The notes under the pieces: generated by a model | Database searches by the model: none | What the model was told of the DNA's origin: nothing | What the model saw: only the letters and a program-made list of their open reading frames with translations | Position numbers and translations under genes: made by a program | Shown here: in pieces, positions 9,816-20,049 of the stretch | How positions within the stretch are numbered: position 1 is the stretch's first letter | How the letters are laid out: each line of letters begins with the position of its first letter | Origin: Planctomycetota bacterium | GTDB taxonomy: Bacteria > Planctomycetota > UBA8108 > SXIK01 | DNA length: 64,000 bases | Assembly: GCA_965223265.1 (NCBI GenBank) | Contig: OZ244999.1 | Location: 5,824,001-5,888,000, forward strand | Direction of reading: 5' to 3'

Positions 9816-11963
9816 ATGCCACGATCCGTTGTGTTAGCCTGTATCGCCGCGGCGCTTTGTGAAATCACTTTGCACGCCGCAGATCGACGCGACGTGCGCG
9901 CCATCCGCGTTCCCATAGCTCCGTCGATCGACGGACGTATGGACGACGCTGCTTGGAGCGAAGCACCCCGGGCCCACGGATTCGTCCAGGTCGAGCCCGT
10001 TGAGGGCTCGCAACCAAGCGAGGCCACGGAGTTCCGCATCGTCTACGACGACGCGAGCCTGTACATCGGTGTGTGGTGCTTCGACACGGACGCAGACGCG
10101 ATCGTAGCTACCGCGATGGCGCGGGATGCGGCTCTGGAGGGCGATGATCACGTCACCATCGTACTCGATCCGTTTCTGAACCAACGCAGCGGCTTTCTTT
10201 TCAAGGTCAACCCGAATGGTGCCCGCTTCGATGCCTTGATATCGACTAACTTTACACTCACTCCTGATTGGGATGCGATCTGGATGACCGCATCGAGTCG
10301 TGACGCTAAGGGCTGGTACGTTGAGGTCGCGATCCCATTCAAGTCGCTCAGTTTCGACGCGGCGCTAGAGACGTGGGGCTTCAACGTAGAGAGAACCGTC
10401 AAACGTCGACTCGAGATCTCCCGCTGGTCTGGGGCTCGTCAGGAGTTCAGCGTAGAAAACCTGTCAGTGGGAGGCTACGTCCACGGCCTCGAAGACATAA
10501 CGCAAGGAGTAGGCTTGGACGTCGTCCCGTTTGCCGTCGCGCGCTATGAAGACGATCGCATTAAGGAAGATGTAGATCTTCTCTTCGATGGTGGCGTCGA
10601 CGCTCGCTACTCGATCACGCCAGGTGTCACGGCCAGGCTGGGCTACAACACCGATTTCGCCGAGACCGAAGTCGATAGTCGCCAGATCAACCTGACCCGC
10701 TTTCCGCTCTTCTTCCCAGAGAAACGAGATTTCTTTCTGGAGGATGCTGGAATCTTCGAATTCGGCAGCGCCGGAACCAACATGATCCCGTTTTTTAGTC
10801 GACGCGTTGGGTTGAGCGCAGAAGGCGAACCGATCCCTATTACCGTCGCCGGCAAACTCACGGGGAGAATCGAGGAGTACAACTTTGGCCTCGTCGATGC
10901 GCTCGTTGAAGAGCATGACGCGCTCCCTACTGAAAACACGATCGTCGGCCGAGTCAGTAGAAATGTTTTCGACGAATCGTCGGTTGGGGCAATCATCACG
11001 CACGGCGATCCGAACTCGCGAGACGAGAATCTCCTCGCCGGCACGGATGTCAACTGGCGTGAGAGCGATCTCGTGCCCGGCTGGACCCTCAGTGGAGCTG
11101 CATTTCTCGCCGGCAGCTGGACGGAAGACGTCGGCGGTCGAGACAACCTCTCATTCGGCGCCGATGCACGAGCGCAAAACGACGTCATTCTTACGGAGCT
11201 CGACTTCTACCAAGTTGAACCGGATTTCAACCCGGCTCTCGGATTCGTTCGCAGGAAAGATCTTCGTTCGTACGAATACGAACTCACGATCGGTCCGTGG
11301 ATCAAGTCATCAGACCTGGTGCGACGCGTGTTCGTCAGCTACTTCCAGCGACACACAACCGATCTGGAAGATGAGTTGGACACAGCGTTCCACTCTTTGA
11401 CTCCGATTTTCGTGGAATTCGAAGGCGGCGACCAAATTTTCTTCAACACACAGACGTGGTTCGACGAGCCTACCACGGACTTTGAGATCCATCCTGGAGT
11501 CGTGATCCCGCCGGAGGAGTTCTGGTGGCAGCAGTACCGCCTTGGGTTCTCAACGAGTGATCGTCGTCCATTGGACCTCGGGGCGAATTGGGACTTCGGT
11601 CAATTCTATGACGGGCGGAAAGACACCTACTCCGTCACCATGAACGGAAGACCGAGTCGCTTCCTTCACTTCGGTGTAGCCTACACCCTGAACCAGATCC
11701 GCCTCGACGCCGGCTCGTTCGACACGCGCTTGGCGTCGGCACGGCTGGGTCTCAACTTCACACCTGATCTCACATGGAATCATCTCGTCCAATATGATGA
11801 TGTGTCGGACACCATCGGCGTGCACAGCCGCCTGCAATGGGAGTTTAGACCTGGTTCGACACTCTACGTGGCACTGAATCAGGGCGTCGACCGCAACCAC
11901 GGTCGTCTGCGCGGCCTCCAGACCGAGTTGGCGACTAAAATCGGCGTCACAATTCGGTTTTGA
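9816..11963 (+). CDS. CBM9-like/DUF5916 outer-membrane-type protein
   Basis: signal peptide, PSIDGRMDDAAW, GWYVEVAIPFKSL, NTDFAETEVD..QINLTRFPLFFPEKRDFFLE, FFSRRVG, terminal Phe. Confidence 0.85.
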   Translation: MPRSVVLACIAAALCEITLHAADRRDVRAIRVPIAPSIDGRMDDAAWSEAPRAHGFVQVEPVEGSQPSEATEFRIVYDDASLYIGVWCFDTDADAIVATAMARDAALEGDDHVTIVLDPFLNQRSGFLFKVNPNGARFDALISTNFTLTPDWDAIWMTASSRDAKGWYVEVAIPFKSLSFDAALETWGFNVERTVKRRLEISRWSGARQEFSVENLSVGGYVHGLEDITQGVGLDVVPFAVARYEDDRIKEDVDLLFDGGVDARYSITPGVTARLGYNTDFAETEVDSRQINLTRFPLFFPEKRDFFLEDAGIFEFGSAGTNMIPFFSRRVGLSAEGEPIPITVAGKLTGRIEEYNFGLVDALVEEHDALPTENTIVGRVSRNVFDESSVGAIITHGDPNSRDENLLAGTDVNWRESDLVPGWTLSGAAFLAGSWTEDVGGRDNLSFGADARAQNDVILTELDFYQVEPDFNPALGFVRRKDLRSYEYELTIGPWIKSSDLVRRVFVSYFQRHTTDLEDELDTAFHSLTPIFVEFEGGDQIFFNTQTWFDEPTTDFEIHPGVVIPPEEFWWQQYRLGFSTSDRRPLDLGANWDFGQFYDGRKDTYSVTMNGRPSRFLHFGVAYTLNQIRLDAGSFDTRLASARLGLNFTPDLTWNHLVQYDDVSDTIGVHSRLQWEFRPGSTLYVALNQGVDRNHGRLRGLQTELATKIGVTIRF

Positions 11964-12184
11964 CGAAAACTTCCGCGCAAGATCGTTTTCTGTGAACCTT
12001 TTCGAGCCGTATCGTACTGAAGTCGTGGGAGTCACGCGATGTCCAGCTCTCGCCGGGGACGTCTGTGGGGATGATTCCCGTAAACGACAGGGCGCAGAAT
12101 GTCGGGAATGACCAAAGACAATATAGCGTCGACGCCGTTTGCTCGTGCGATCGAGATGGAGTCAAGACTTCGAGGAACCCCTTG

Positions 12185-13057
12185 ATGGCGAACAACTTGT
12201 TCATCGGTCAATCCCTGGTATGGCAGCGATTCGCCGCTACCCTTCTGGCCGTCGCCATGGTGGGATGCGACACAGTAGGAATCCGTGGCGACGGCGCCAC
12301 CACCACGCTTCAAACACCGAGAGCTCGCCGGGAAAGCTCGGCAGCGGACGAGCGAGGACTTGCTGCTTTCCGGTATGAAGTCGATGCTGCGGCGGCGCGC
12401 GAGGAGTCTGATGCATTGCGGGAACGAGGCGCGTCCGAGCAGCCAGAAGGTTCGCCGGCCCGCAGCAAAGACACCACGACGTCTCGCACCTCGGAAACTG
12501 ATCATCAGGACGCAGCTGAGCGCCGTGTCGTCTATACCGCGGCGTTCGAGATTTTAGTCGCTAACGTCAAGGATGCGATGCAGCAGCATCTCCATGAGAT
12601 CAAGTCCCTTGGTGGTCACTTTCAGTCGCGAAACGCCTCGACGATCGTCAGCCGAGTCCCAGCGGCAAACTTTGAAAAGCTCGTCGAAACAATTCCATCG
12701 CTCGGCCGTGTCCTTTCCGAGTCGGTCGACGCGATGGACGTCACGAAACGCTACTTCGATCTCGAGCTACGCATTCGGACGACCGAGAATGCCTTGGAGC
12801 GGCTCGTGGTTCTTCTCAAGAAGTCGGAGAAGGTCGAGGATCTTCTCAAGATCGAAGAGCAGATCCGACGCCTCACCGAGGAGCTCGAGCGCCTGAAGGC
12901 AGAACTCCGGCAACTGGCCGATCGCGTCGCCTACTCCACCTTGACCGTGACATTTCACTCCAGCGCCCCGCCACCTCAGCCGCCGGGAGTCCGCGTACCC
13001 AACCGTTTCGAATGGATCAATCACGTAGGAATCGAATATGTCATCGATCAATTCTGA
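12185..13057 (+). CDS. DUF4349 domain lipoprotein
   Basis: lipobox MVGC, RRVVYTA, RVPAANF, DVTKRYFDL..R, coiled coil, RVAYSTLTV; start at ATG 12185 inferred. Confidence 0.8.
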   Translation: MANNLFIGQSLVWQRFAATLLAVAMVGCDTVGIRGDGATTTLQTPRARRESSAADERGLAAFRYEVDAAAAREESDALRERGASEQPEGSPARSKDTTTSRTSETDHQDAAERRVVYTAAFEILVANVKDAMQQHLHEIKSLGGHFQSRNASTIVSRVPAANFEKLVETIPSLGRVLSESVDAMDVTKRYFDLELRIRTTENALERLVVLLKKSEKVEDLLKIEEQIRRLTEELERLKAELRQLADRVAYSTLTVTFHSSAPPPQPPGVRVPNRFEWINHVGIEYVIDQF

Positions 13058-13568
13058 CGCAACCGTCGCCGAACGCCACGCTCCTCGAAATCGACGGTTC
13101 GCGCTCAGGAAACTCCAACGAGTTTTCGTCGCAGCAGCGACGGGTCTGGCATTGACGAGCTGCGTCGCCATCGATCTCCCAAACGATTTCTTGGAAGTCG
13201 ATCGTGGTCTTGGGGAACTGAAAGCCGTATCGTCAGACGGGGCTCTTTTCTGGACAAGGAAGTTCAAAGATCCCCATCGAGGCAACCTCGAGTTTTGGTC
13301 GAACGCACTGGAGAGCGACTTCGCCGACAATCGAGGCTACGTCATGCTCGAGCAAGGAGAGACCACACTCGCCGGTGGTCGCCAGAGGTATGAATCGGTG
13401 TGGGAGACACGCACAAGGGGCGTTTCATACCGCTACTTGGTGACGCTTGAAGTCATCCAAGGATGGTTCGGGAACAAGATCGTCGTCTCGGAATTCGTCG
13501 CGCCTTCGGCCACGTTTGACGGCTATGTCGACGAAGTGCGTGCAGCCGTGGCATCAATGAAGTCGTGA
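13038..13568 (+). CDS. hypothetical lipoprotein
   Basis: overlaps the upstream stop; hydrophobic stretch with lipobox LTSC. Confidence 0.65.
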   Translation: MSSINSDATVAERHAPRNRRFALRKLQRVFVAAATGLALTSCVAIDLPNDFLEVDRGLGELKAVSSDGALFWTRKFKDPHRGNLEFWSNALESDFADNRGYVMLEQGETTLAGGRQRYESVWETRTRGVSYRYLVTLEVIQGWFGNKIVVSEFVAPSATFDGYVDEVRAAVASMKS

Positions 13569-13592
13569 CGCCACCTCGCCAACCAACGACCC

Positions 13593-15419
13593 TCAGCGGA
13601 TGCCTTCGGCTTCAAGACGCAGGATCTCGGCGCGCCAAACGTCACGGCGATCGTCGCTAGCCTCGTCTTCAGGCAACAGCGAACGCCGCGTGCAGTTGAC
13701 CAGCGCCTGCAGCGTCTGGTAGCGCCGCGTCTTCTCGATCGCTGGCGGAATGTGGTCGTGCACGATCGCCTCGACGTCCGCCATCTTGAGCAGCCCTCCC
13801 ACCGTCCGCGCCTTCAAGTTCGACCGTAGTGACGCGAACGCCGCCGCCGAGTATCCGGCCGTCAACTCGTCGAGTCGCTTCAAATCCGCCGCACTCGGTG
13901 CTGCGTCGAGCACACCTCTCGTGACCCATTTGAGAAACGCCTGTCGATCCTCTCCCTCGGGATCCAGCACCGGAATCACCAGGTCCCCGACGCGTCCCGG
14001 GCGTCGAATGTCCGGCGAGAGCAGATGGATCCTCGCCGTCATGAGCAGCCAAATGACACGACCGCGGAGGCGCGGGTCGGACATCATCTGCTGGACTTTG
14101 CCAGTCAACCGACGCTCCGTCGAGTGAGCCTCAGCGCCGACACCTCCGAACTGGGTGTCGGCCTCGTCGACGAAGATCACCACTTTGACAAGAGCTTCAA
14201 GAACTCGCCGCAAGCGTTCGAACACAACGTCCGTTTGCCCATACCACTGGCTGCGAATGTTCTTGAGCACGAGGACAGGCATGTCGAGCGCGCTGGCAAC
14301 GGCTTCGAAGATGAACGTCTTGCCACTGCCGATTGGCCCGGAGACGGCGGCGCCAGGCAGCGCATCTGCGCCGGTCGATTGAAACCTCGGGATCAACTCA
14401 TCGTTGAGAAAACCTTTGAGCTTTCTGAAGCCGATCACATCTTCCAAGGTGTGCTCAGGTTTTTTGAATTCAACGACGTCCTCGCCAAGCTGCGACTCGA
14501 TGAACTCACCGACTTTCTGGATCACCTCCGTAGGAGTCAGCGTTTCGTTGGCGTAGGCACTGCCGACCAAAAGCTGGCGCAGCGCGTGGATCGACAGCCC
14601 AGCGGTGTACATCGCCAGCACATCTTCGCTCGCCCACAGCTTCGGCGGCGGTGATTCGCCACGACTCGCGAACCAATTGACGAAATGGCGCCGCGTCTCG
14701 AGATCTGGCGGCGGCACGTCGACCGCGAGGACCTGCGGCAACGCCGCGACGCGTCGATGAATCATGCCGCGCGACTCGGCGACGAGAACGACGGAGTCGC
14801 TGCCTCGCATGAACGCCGGGTCGGAGAACCAGTCCTGCACAATGCCGACACGCCGCCGATCTGCTGCGGAGAGCCGTGAGACGTCTTCTCCGCTTTGCGG
14901 CAGGAGAAAATCCGCCGCCTCGACAACGATCATGAGATCGTCGGTTATGTAACTCTTTCCCTTCGGGCTCCTCGAGCGCGAACAGATCGTGAGTTGTCGC
15001 AAAAACTCGAGTGCTACGGTCGGCTGGCCGATGGCATCGCGCATGCGGCCTTCAAAGTCAGACTCGAACGCCTCCCGCTGCTGCGCCAGTCGTCGATCGG
15101 CAATCGCCTCGAACGCGGCAAGGTCGGGTTCGACGCCGAGCCGCCACGCAGTCCACGCACTCCGGAGACTCTCCCGCTGATCGGTGGGCACGACACGGAT
15201 CGGGCCATTCAGCTCGTAGACGAGCAGCGTCATACCGGGCACGCTGCATTTGTCGCAAAGAAACGGAATCAGCGGCTCGTAGCTGCCCTCCGCACGGTTC
15301 TGCCGCGTGAAGAAAAGGTCGTACACGTTTCCGGTCAAAAGAATACTGCGCGACTGACCGGCGTTGATGATCCGCGCGAGATGGCCGTAGAAGTCGTACG
15401 TCGGCTCGGAAGGGTTCAC
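13593..15419 (-). CDS. AAA+ ATPase, SpoVK/Ycf46/Vps4-like (degenerate N-terminal AAA module plus active C-terminal module)
   Basis: Walker A GPIGSGKT, pore loop SQWYGQT, Walker B IFVDEAD, arginine finger RRPGR; GTGA overlap with the ABC ATPase gene. Confidence 0.88.
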   Translation of the reverse strand: MNPSEPTYDFYGHLARIINAGQSRSILLTGNVYDLFFTRQNRAEGSYEPLIPFLCDKCSVPGMTLLVYELNGPIRVVPTDQRESLRSAWTAWRLGVEPDLAAFEAIADRRLAQQREAFESDFEGRMRDAIGQPTVALEFLRQLTICSRSRSPKGKSYITDDLMIVVEAADFLLPQSGEDVSRLSAADRRRVGIVQDWFSDPAFMRGSDSVVLVAESRGMIHRRVAALPQVLAVDVPPPDLETRRHFVNWFASRGESPPPKLWASEDVLAMYTAGLSIHALRQLLVGSAYANETLTPTEVIQKVGEFIESQLGEDVVEFKKPEHTLEDVIGFRKLKGFLNDELIPRFQSTGADALPGAAVSGPIGSGKTFIFEAVASALDMPVLVLKNIRSQWYGQTDVVFERLRRVLEALVKVVIFVDEADTQFGGVGAEAHSTERRLTGKVQQMMSDPRLRGRVIWLLMTARIHLLSPDIRRPGRVGDLVIPVLDPEGEDRQAFLKWVTRGVLDAAPSAADLKRLDELTAGYSAAAFASLRSNLKARTVGGLLKMADVEAIVHDHIPPAIEKTRRYQTLQALVNCTRRSLLPEDEASDDRRDVWRAEILRLEAEGIR

Positions 15420-16345
15420 TTCGCCAATACTCCATGGCCTTCACCGCGCTCCATCTGATCCCAGAAGCGCAAATTCTCTCGACGGCCCTGCCGCACCTCC
15501 GGGCTGAAGACGTTCGAGAGGATCTCGCCGCGCTGCTGGACAAACGTAGCGAAATCACGCTCTTGATCCGGGTGGTAGACGGGTGCCATAGCATCATAGA
15601 TGATCGTCGCCCCAGGATGGGAAGGCAACGGTTCCTCCTCCCATGCCCAATACTGCGATAGCCCGGCGACTCGGTCAGAAACGTAGATTGCCTCGTTGAG
15701 CTCGTGCGTCACGATGAGAATCGTGTACGGCGGCGTAAGCCCCGCCTTCTTCGCGGCAAGGTTCTCTTGGTAGAGCCCTAGCAGCATCCCTTGAAGCTCT
15801 TCGCGCGTTGCCTCGTCCAGCGCCCCAAAAGGCTCGTCGAGGAGTAGGATCTTCGGTTTCATGATCAGCGCCTGCGCGATCGCCACACGTTGACGCATCC
15901 CGCCAGACATCTCTGCGGGATACTTGTCGAGCGCTTCCCCCAACTTGAGCTCAACCAACTTCTCCGATGCCCGCTCCAGATGTTCTCGTCGCAGCCGACG
16001 CCACGCGCGGCAGCGAAAGAGGCGAAATGGAATGGTCGTTTCGTCCAGCATGAGTCCGAACGCGACGCTCTCGCGAGCCGTCAAGAAAGGAAAGAGTGAA
16101 TAGCGCTGATAGACGATGCCGCGATCTCTTCCAGGTCCTGAGATCGGTTCGCGGTTCATCAGGATCTCTCCCTGATGCGGCGGATGCGTCCCCAAGATCG
16201 CTCGCAGGAGCGTCGACTTGCCGCAACCGCTCGGACCGACGACCGCGACGATTTCGCCACGGATGACTTGCAGATCCACGTCGTAGAGGACCTTGTTACT
16301 TCCGAACCAGTGACTGACGCCTTTACACTCGAGGACGACATCCAT
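15416..16345 (-). CDS. ABC transporter ATP-binding protein (TauB/SsuB/NrtD-like)
   Basis: GPSGCGKST, Q-loop, MSGGMRQR, LLLDEPFGALD, VTH. Confidence 0.95.
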   Translation of the reverse strand: MDVVLECKGVSHWFGSNKVLYDVDLQVIRGEIVAVVGPSGCGKSTLLRAILGTHPPHQGEILMNREPISGPGRDRGIVYQRYSLFPFLTARESVAFGLMLDETTIPFRLFRCRAWRRLRREHLERASEKLVELKLGEALDKYPAEMSGGMRQRVAIAQALIMKPKILLLDEPFGALDEATREELQGMLLGLYQENLAAKKAGLTPPYTILIVTHELNEAIYVSDRVAGLSQYWAWEEEPLPSHPGATIIYDAMAPVYHPDQERDFATFVQQRGEILSNVFSPEVRQGRRENLRFWDQMERGEGHGVLAK

Positions 16346-16398
16346 AGCGATTCTATTCCGTTGGCGTTACTGAACCCCGAAGCCGACGCGATGCGAAG

Positions 16399-17208
16399 TT
16401 ACGACTGACCATACCAAGGGCACAACTTGGCTCGGAGATGTCGCAGACAAAAGTCCATGAGGAATCCCACTCCACCCAAGACGACCAGATAGACGTAGAC
16501 AACGCTCATGTCGAGAAGTCGATTCTGGAGTCGTAAGTGGTACCCGAAGCCGACTTCGGCGACGAGATACTCGGCGGCGATCAGATAGACCATCGCTGGT
16601 CCTACCTGCAGCCGAACGCCGTCGATCGCACGCGGTAGAATCTGGCGGACGATCACGTTCCAAATCAATTCACCTTGAGAGGCTCCCAGGGTCGACGCTT
16701 TATAGAGGAGCTCCTCCGGCACGTCTTCTTTCGCAGCGTGGTAGATCGATTGAGCCAGTGTCGGCACCATCCCGAAGGCGATCATGGCAACGTACATCTC
16801 GTACCCTGTACCCACCAGCACGAAAAACACGGGAAGCATCGCCGTCGGTGGTATCTTCGCGAGGAACGCGAGCGGCGGATGGAGGAACGCCTCGACGGGA
16901 GCGTAGCAGCCCATGAGGAGCCCGATGACGATCGAGAGGGCGACGCCCGCCGCGAGGCCGGAGAGGAGACGCGAAAACAGAGTCGCCTTGGTGTCCTCCC
17001 AGATCCAAACTTCGCCCGTGCGGTCCGCCGTGAACACCTTCATGACGCCGTCGGTCCAAAGCTGCGACAAGCTCGGAATGCTGCGGTCGTCAGGATTCTC
17101 TGCAAGCTGGCGATACGACAGAAGCGAGTAAATACCAATCAGAAGCGCGATCGATAGAATTCCAAGCGCGACGCGCCAGCGACGAGAGAGCGGCCTGCGA
17201 ATCATCAT
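16399..17208 (-). CDS. ABC transporter permease (TauC/SsuC-like)
   Basis: about 6 TM helices, EAA-like motif YKASTLGAS, LIAAEY..GFGY. Confidence 0.93.
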   Translation of the reverse strand: MMIRRPLSRRWRVALGILSIALLIGIYSLLSYRQLAENPDDRSIPSLSQLWTDGVMKVFTADRTGEVWIWEDTKATLFSRLLSGLAAGVALSIVIGLLMGCYAPVEAFLHPPLAFLAKIPPTAMLPVFFVLVGTGYEMYVAMIAFGMVPTLAQSIYHAAKEDVPEELLYKASTLGASQGELIWNVIVRQILPRAIDGVRLQVGPAMVYLIAAEYLVAEVGFGYHLRLQNRLLDMSVVYVYLVVLGGVGFLMDFCLRHLRAKLCPWYGQS

Positions 17209-18272
17209 TTGGCGTCCCGCACGGCCTGCACGAAGCTGGGATCGATTCGCAGCTGCGCTTCCGCAGCTTGAGCGGCGCTACCGTAACCAATCGACGGCGC
17301 ACTCTCGATGATTTCGTGCGACTGGCAAAAATCGGTCACGGTCTTCATGGTCGCCTTCAGCTCTTCACCTGTGAAGAGCGCCAGCGCTTCCTCAGGTGTC
17401 TTGTAAAAGGCCGTCTGCTTCACGACCGTTTTCATCTCCTCGAGTCCGAGGCTCGAAAACTTCGCCCCGAGCGCCACAAGCGTTTCGTCTGCGGTCGCGG
17501 GCGCCGCAAGCAGCTTGTTCACCTCGTAGAACGCATCGACGACGGCATGTGCGAACGCCTGACCGTTAGGTTTGTCGAGAGAGGCCTGGGCTATGCAGAC
17601 CATGTCGACAATTTCTCCGGGGATCGTCGAGGAATCAAAGAGGACCTTCGCGTCCGGGCGCATCTTCAGGCTCTGCAAAACAAATGGATTCCACACCATG
17701 ATGGCGTTGTATCCATCCTGTTTCGTCTGCATGGCCTGCGCGGCCGCTCCTGGATCCATGTTGGTGAACTGGTGATCGGCTTCCTTCTCGCCCGCCTTCT
17801 CGAGGTTGCGAACGAAACAGTACTCCGACACGCTCTTGGACAAGCCGTACACTTTGTGACTGCGGAGCTCCTTGACGTCGGAGATGCCCGTGACGACGCA
17901 CGCGTCTGCTCCCACGCTCGTGCTTGTCGGCAAAACCGCGACCGACTTGCGTCCCAGCGCCGGATTGAGGATGTCCATGTTGGTGATGCACACCGCGTCG
18001 CATGCAGAGGTGTTGTACATCGTGATGCACGTGTCGTAGTCAACCTCCTTGAGGACGATGTCGACGTTCCACTTCTTCTCAATCGGTCCGAGCTCACCCT
18101 CTTTCCCATCGACGAGCCCCTTCTCCTCGGCGACACCGAAAACACTCCACGATGGATACTCACTCCACGCCAAGACGAAGCTCGGGTTCGTCTTCTCGGC
18201 GTCCGTACAACCCACTCCACACAGGACGGCCAAAAGACACAAAGAAGCGATGTTCACAAATGCTCGATGCAT
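17205..18272 (-). CDS. ABC transporter substrate-binding lipoprotein (NMT1/SsuA-like)
   Basis: lipobox GVGC, WSEYPSW, STSVGADA, VWNPF, IPGEIVD; ATGA overlap with the permease. Confidence 0.88.
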   Translation of the reverse strand: MHRAFVNIASLCLLAVLCGVGCTDAEKTNPSFVLAWSEYPSWSVFGVAEEKGLVDGKEGELGPIEKKWNVDIVLKEVDYDTCITMYNTSACDAVCITNMDILNPALGRKSVAVLPTSTSVGADACVVTGISDVKELRSHKVYGLSKSVSEYCFVRNLEKAGEKEADHQFTNMDPGAAAQAMQTKQDGYNAIMVWNPFVLQSLKMRPDAKVLFDSSTIPGEIVDMVCIAQASLDKPNGQAFAHAVVDAFYEVNKLLAAPATADETLVALGAKFSSLGLEEMKTVVKQTAFYKTPEEALALFTGEELKATMKTVTDFCQSHEIIESAPSIGYGSAAQAAEAQLRIDPSFVQAVRDAK

Positions 18273-18341
18273 GGCTCCACCTCTCAAGATTTGCTCTCAC
18301 ATACTGACCTGAATAGTCTCACAACGCCTCGTGCGATCAAC

Positions 18342-19169
18342 TCACTCCTCGGGCAGCCGCGGCGACGCGCTCTCACGCGTCTCTTCGGCTGGCGCATCGC
18401 TCTCCGCCGCCAATCCGATCAGCTGATCGAACTCCTCGGTCGCCGAGTGCGTCCGGGCGTACTCCAAAAACTCAGCTTCCTGACGCTTGGTGTCGGTGCC
18501 TGCCATCTCGCGTGAGATTCTGGCTTTCGCCTTCGTCTGCTCACGCAGCTCACGCAGCTCCTGGAGCTCGCGCGAGGTGCGGTCTTCGCTGATGCCTGCA
18601 ATCATATTGCTGATTTTTTCTTCTTCCGTCGCGGTGATGACATCGGCCACCGTCGCCGCAGCTTCTTCCTTGAGCTGGTCGATCTCACGCATGAGCTGCT
18701 GCAGCTGGACCTTATGGCCACCGACGTTCTCACTCAAGACCTTGACGTCTTCTTCGAGCTCTGAGATATGTGCCGTCTTCTCCTCTATGGTCGTACTGAA
18801 ATCGTTGAAGGCGGCGAGACACTTGGCGTAGTCTTCGTTCTTCTTGATCTCGTCCATAGAGATCCCTTTGGCACGGAGCTCGCTAACGACGCTCCGGGCC
18901 TTCGCGGCTGCACCTTCCTTCAGGCTCTCCAGACGGTTGACGTCGTCGGTCAGCTTCTTGATCGTCGCGAGCTTTTTCTCCTCTTGGGCGATCATCGCGG
19001 CGACTGCGTCTTTGTACTGTTTGATGCGCGCAGACTTTTCGCGAATCACGTTATCAAACGTGGCCTGGATCACGTAGGGACTCTTGTTGAGCTCCTTGCG
19101 AGCGCTGTCGATCCTTCCGGTGATCAGGTACCAGAAGGCTCTCATGTAGCGACCAATGGCTCCAAACAC
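18342..19169 (-). CDS. PspA/IM30 (Vipp1/ESCRT-III superfamily) protein
   Basis: N-terminal amphipathic helix MFGAIGRYMRAFW, SP..I, long coiled-coil hairpin, AKA..E and terminal EFDQL helix typical of PspA. Confidence 0.78.
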   Translation of the reverse strand: MFGAIGRYMRAFWYLITGRIDSARKELNKSPYVIQATFDNVIREKSARIKQYKDAVAAMIAQEEKKLATIKKLTDDVNRLESLKEGAAAKARSVVSELRAKGISMDEIKKNEDYAKCLAAFNDFSTTIEEKTAHISELEEDVKVLSENVGGHKVQLQQLMREIDQLKEEAAATVADVITATEEEKISNMIAGISEDRTSRELQELRELREQTKAKARISREMAGTDTKRQEAEFLEYARTHSATEEFDQLIGLAAESDAPAEETRESASPRLPEE

Positions 19170-19287
19170 GTCATTCTCCCTTCTTCATAGCAGTTTGTTT
19201 TCGATTCAATCGAGCTATTCAGCGCAGTTCAGCACGTCGCCGTGCACGCGCGGACGCATCTCACCTCGAGAACGACCAGATCCGGCC

Positions 19288-20034
19288 TCACTCTCGGCGG
19301 GTCATGGCTTCGCCGACCTCCGTCTCCATGCTGCGGATTCGTTCTTCTACGCGTTTCGCGACCTCAAGACTCTCGTCCAGCTCACGTCGAATGCGAGCCA
19401 GATCCTCTGAACCGTCACGATTCACCGCCAACGCCTGCACGCCGTCGACGGTTCGTTCCAACTGCTCGATGCTCTTTTCGACTTCAACAATCAGCTTTTC
19501 CCGATTGCCAAGGATTGTATCGCGCGCCTTCGTCGTCCGCATGTTCTCAGCGCGGCGCCACAAATCGAGACTCCGCCGCAGGGAATCGAGGCACCCCTGA
19601 AATAGACGCTCAACTTTCGTGGCCATTTCAAACGCCACCTTAGATCCGAGACCATCGGCCCAGCCAGTGTCCTTCCGAAAGGCTCCGTACAGCTCGCGAA
19701 GCGCCCGCAAGCTTTCTTCCGTGCGCTCATCTTCATCTTGGCGGAGCTGCCGATCGAGCTCGTCGAGCGCCGCCTCGCGCTCAAACGCGGCTTCATCTTG
19801 GATTTCCTTCAACGCCCGCTTGGAGATGTCGTCGAGACTCAGAATCCAGCGCGTCGCAACAGCGCCAACGCCGCCGAGGAGGCCGCAAATTCCAACAAAT
19901 GCGGTCAAATCCATCGTGCTTCCGAATCCCCACGAGATGATCAACAGGCTCAGTCCAAGTACAACCGGGATGAGAGACCACGGCGACACGAAGAGGCTTT
20001 GAAGAACCTTTCTCCGAAACCTAGACGTATCCAT
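19288..20034 (-). CDS. 2-TM coiled-coil membrane protein (XpaC-like)
   Basis: two N-terminal TM helices followed by a charged helical bundle; lies between the PspA-like and OmpA-fusion genes. Confidence 0.7.
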   Translation of the reverse strand: MDTSRFRRKVLQSLFVSPWSLIPVVLGLSLLIISWGFGSTMDLTAFVGICGLLGGVGAVATRWILSLDDISKRALKEIQDEAAFEREAALDELDRQLRQDEDERTEESLRALRELYGAFRKDTGWADGLGSKVAFEMATKVERLFQGCLDSLRRSLDLWRRAENMRTTKARDTILGNREKLIVEVEKSIEQLERTVDGVQALAVNRDGSEDLARIRRELDESLEVAKRVEERIRSMETEVGEAMTRRE

Positions 20035-20049
20035 GCAGCGATCCCCGAA

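Noticed and set aside
15416-18272. Assigning the ABC module to taurine, nitrate, urea or guanidine uptake
   Set aside because: Only family-level resemblance; no catabolic genes or recognisable riboswitch nearby.
17268-18515. Long antisense ORFs (this 415-aa one, also 30575-31729, 24207-25283, 20500-21402 and others)
   Set aside because: Shadow ORFs expected at high GC opposite well-supported genes; no motifs.
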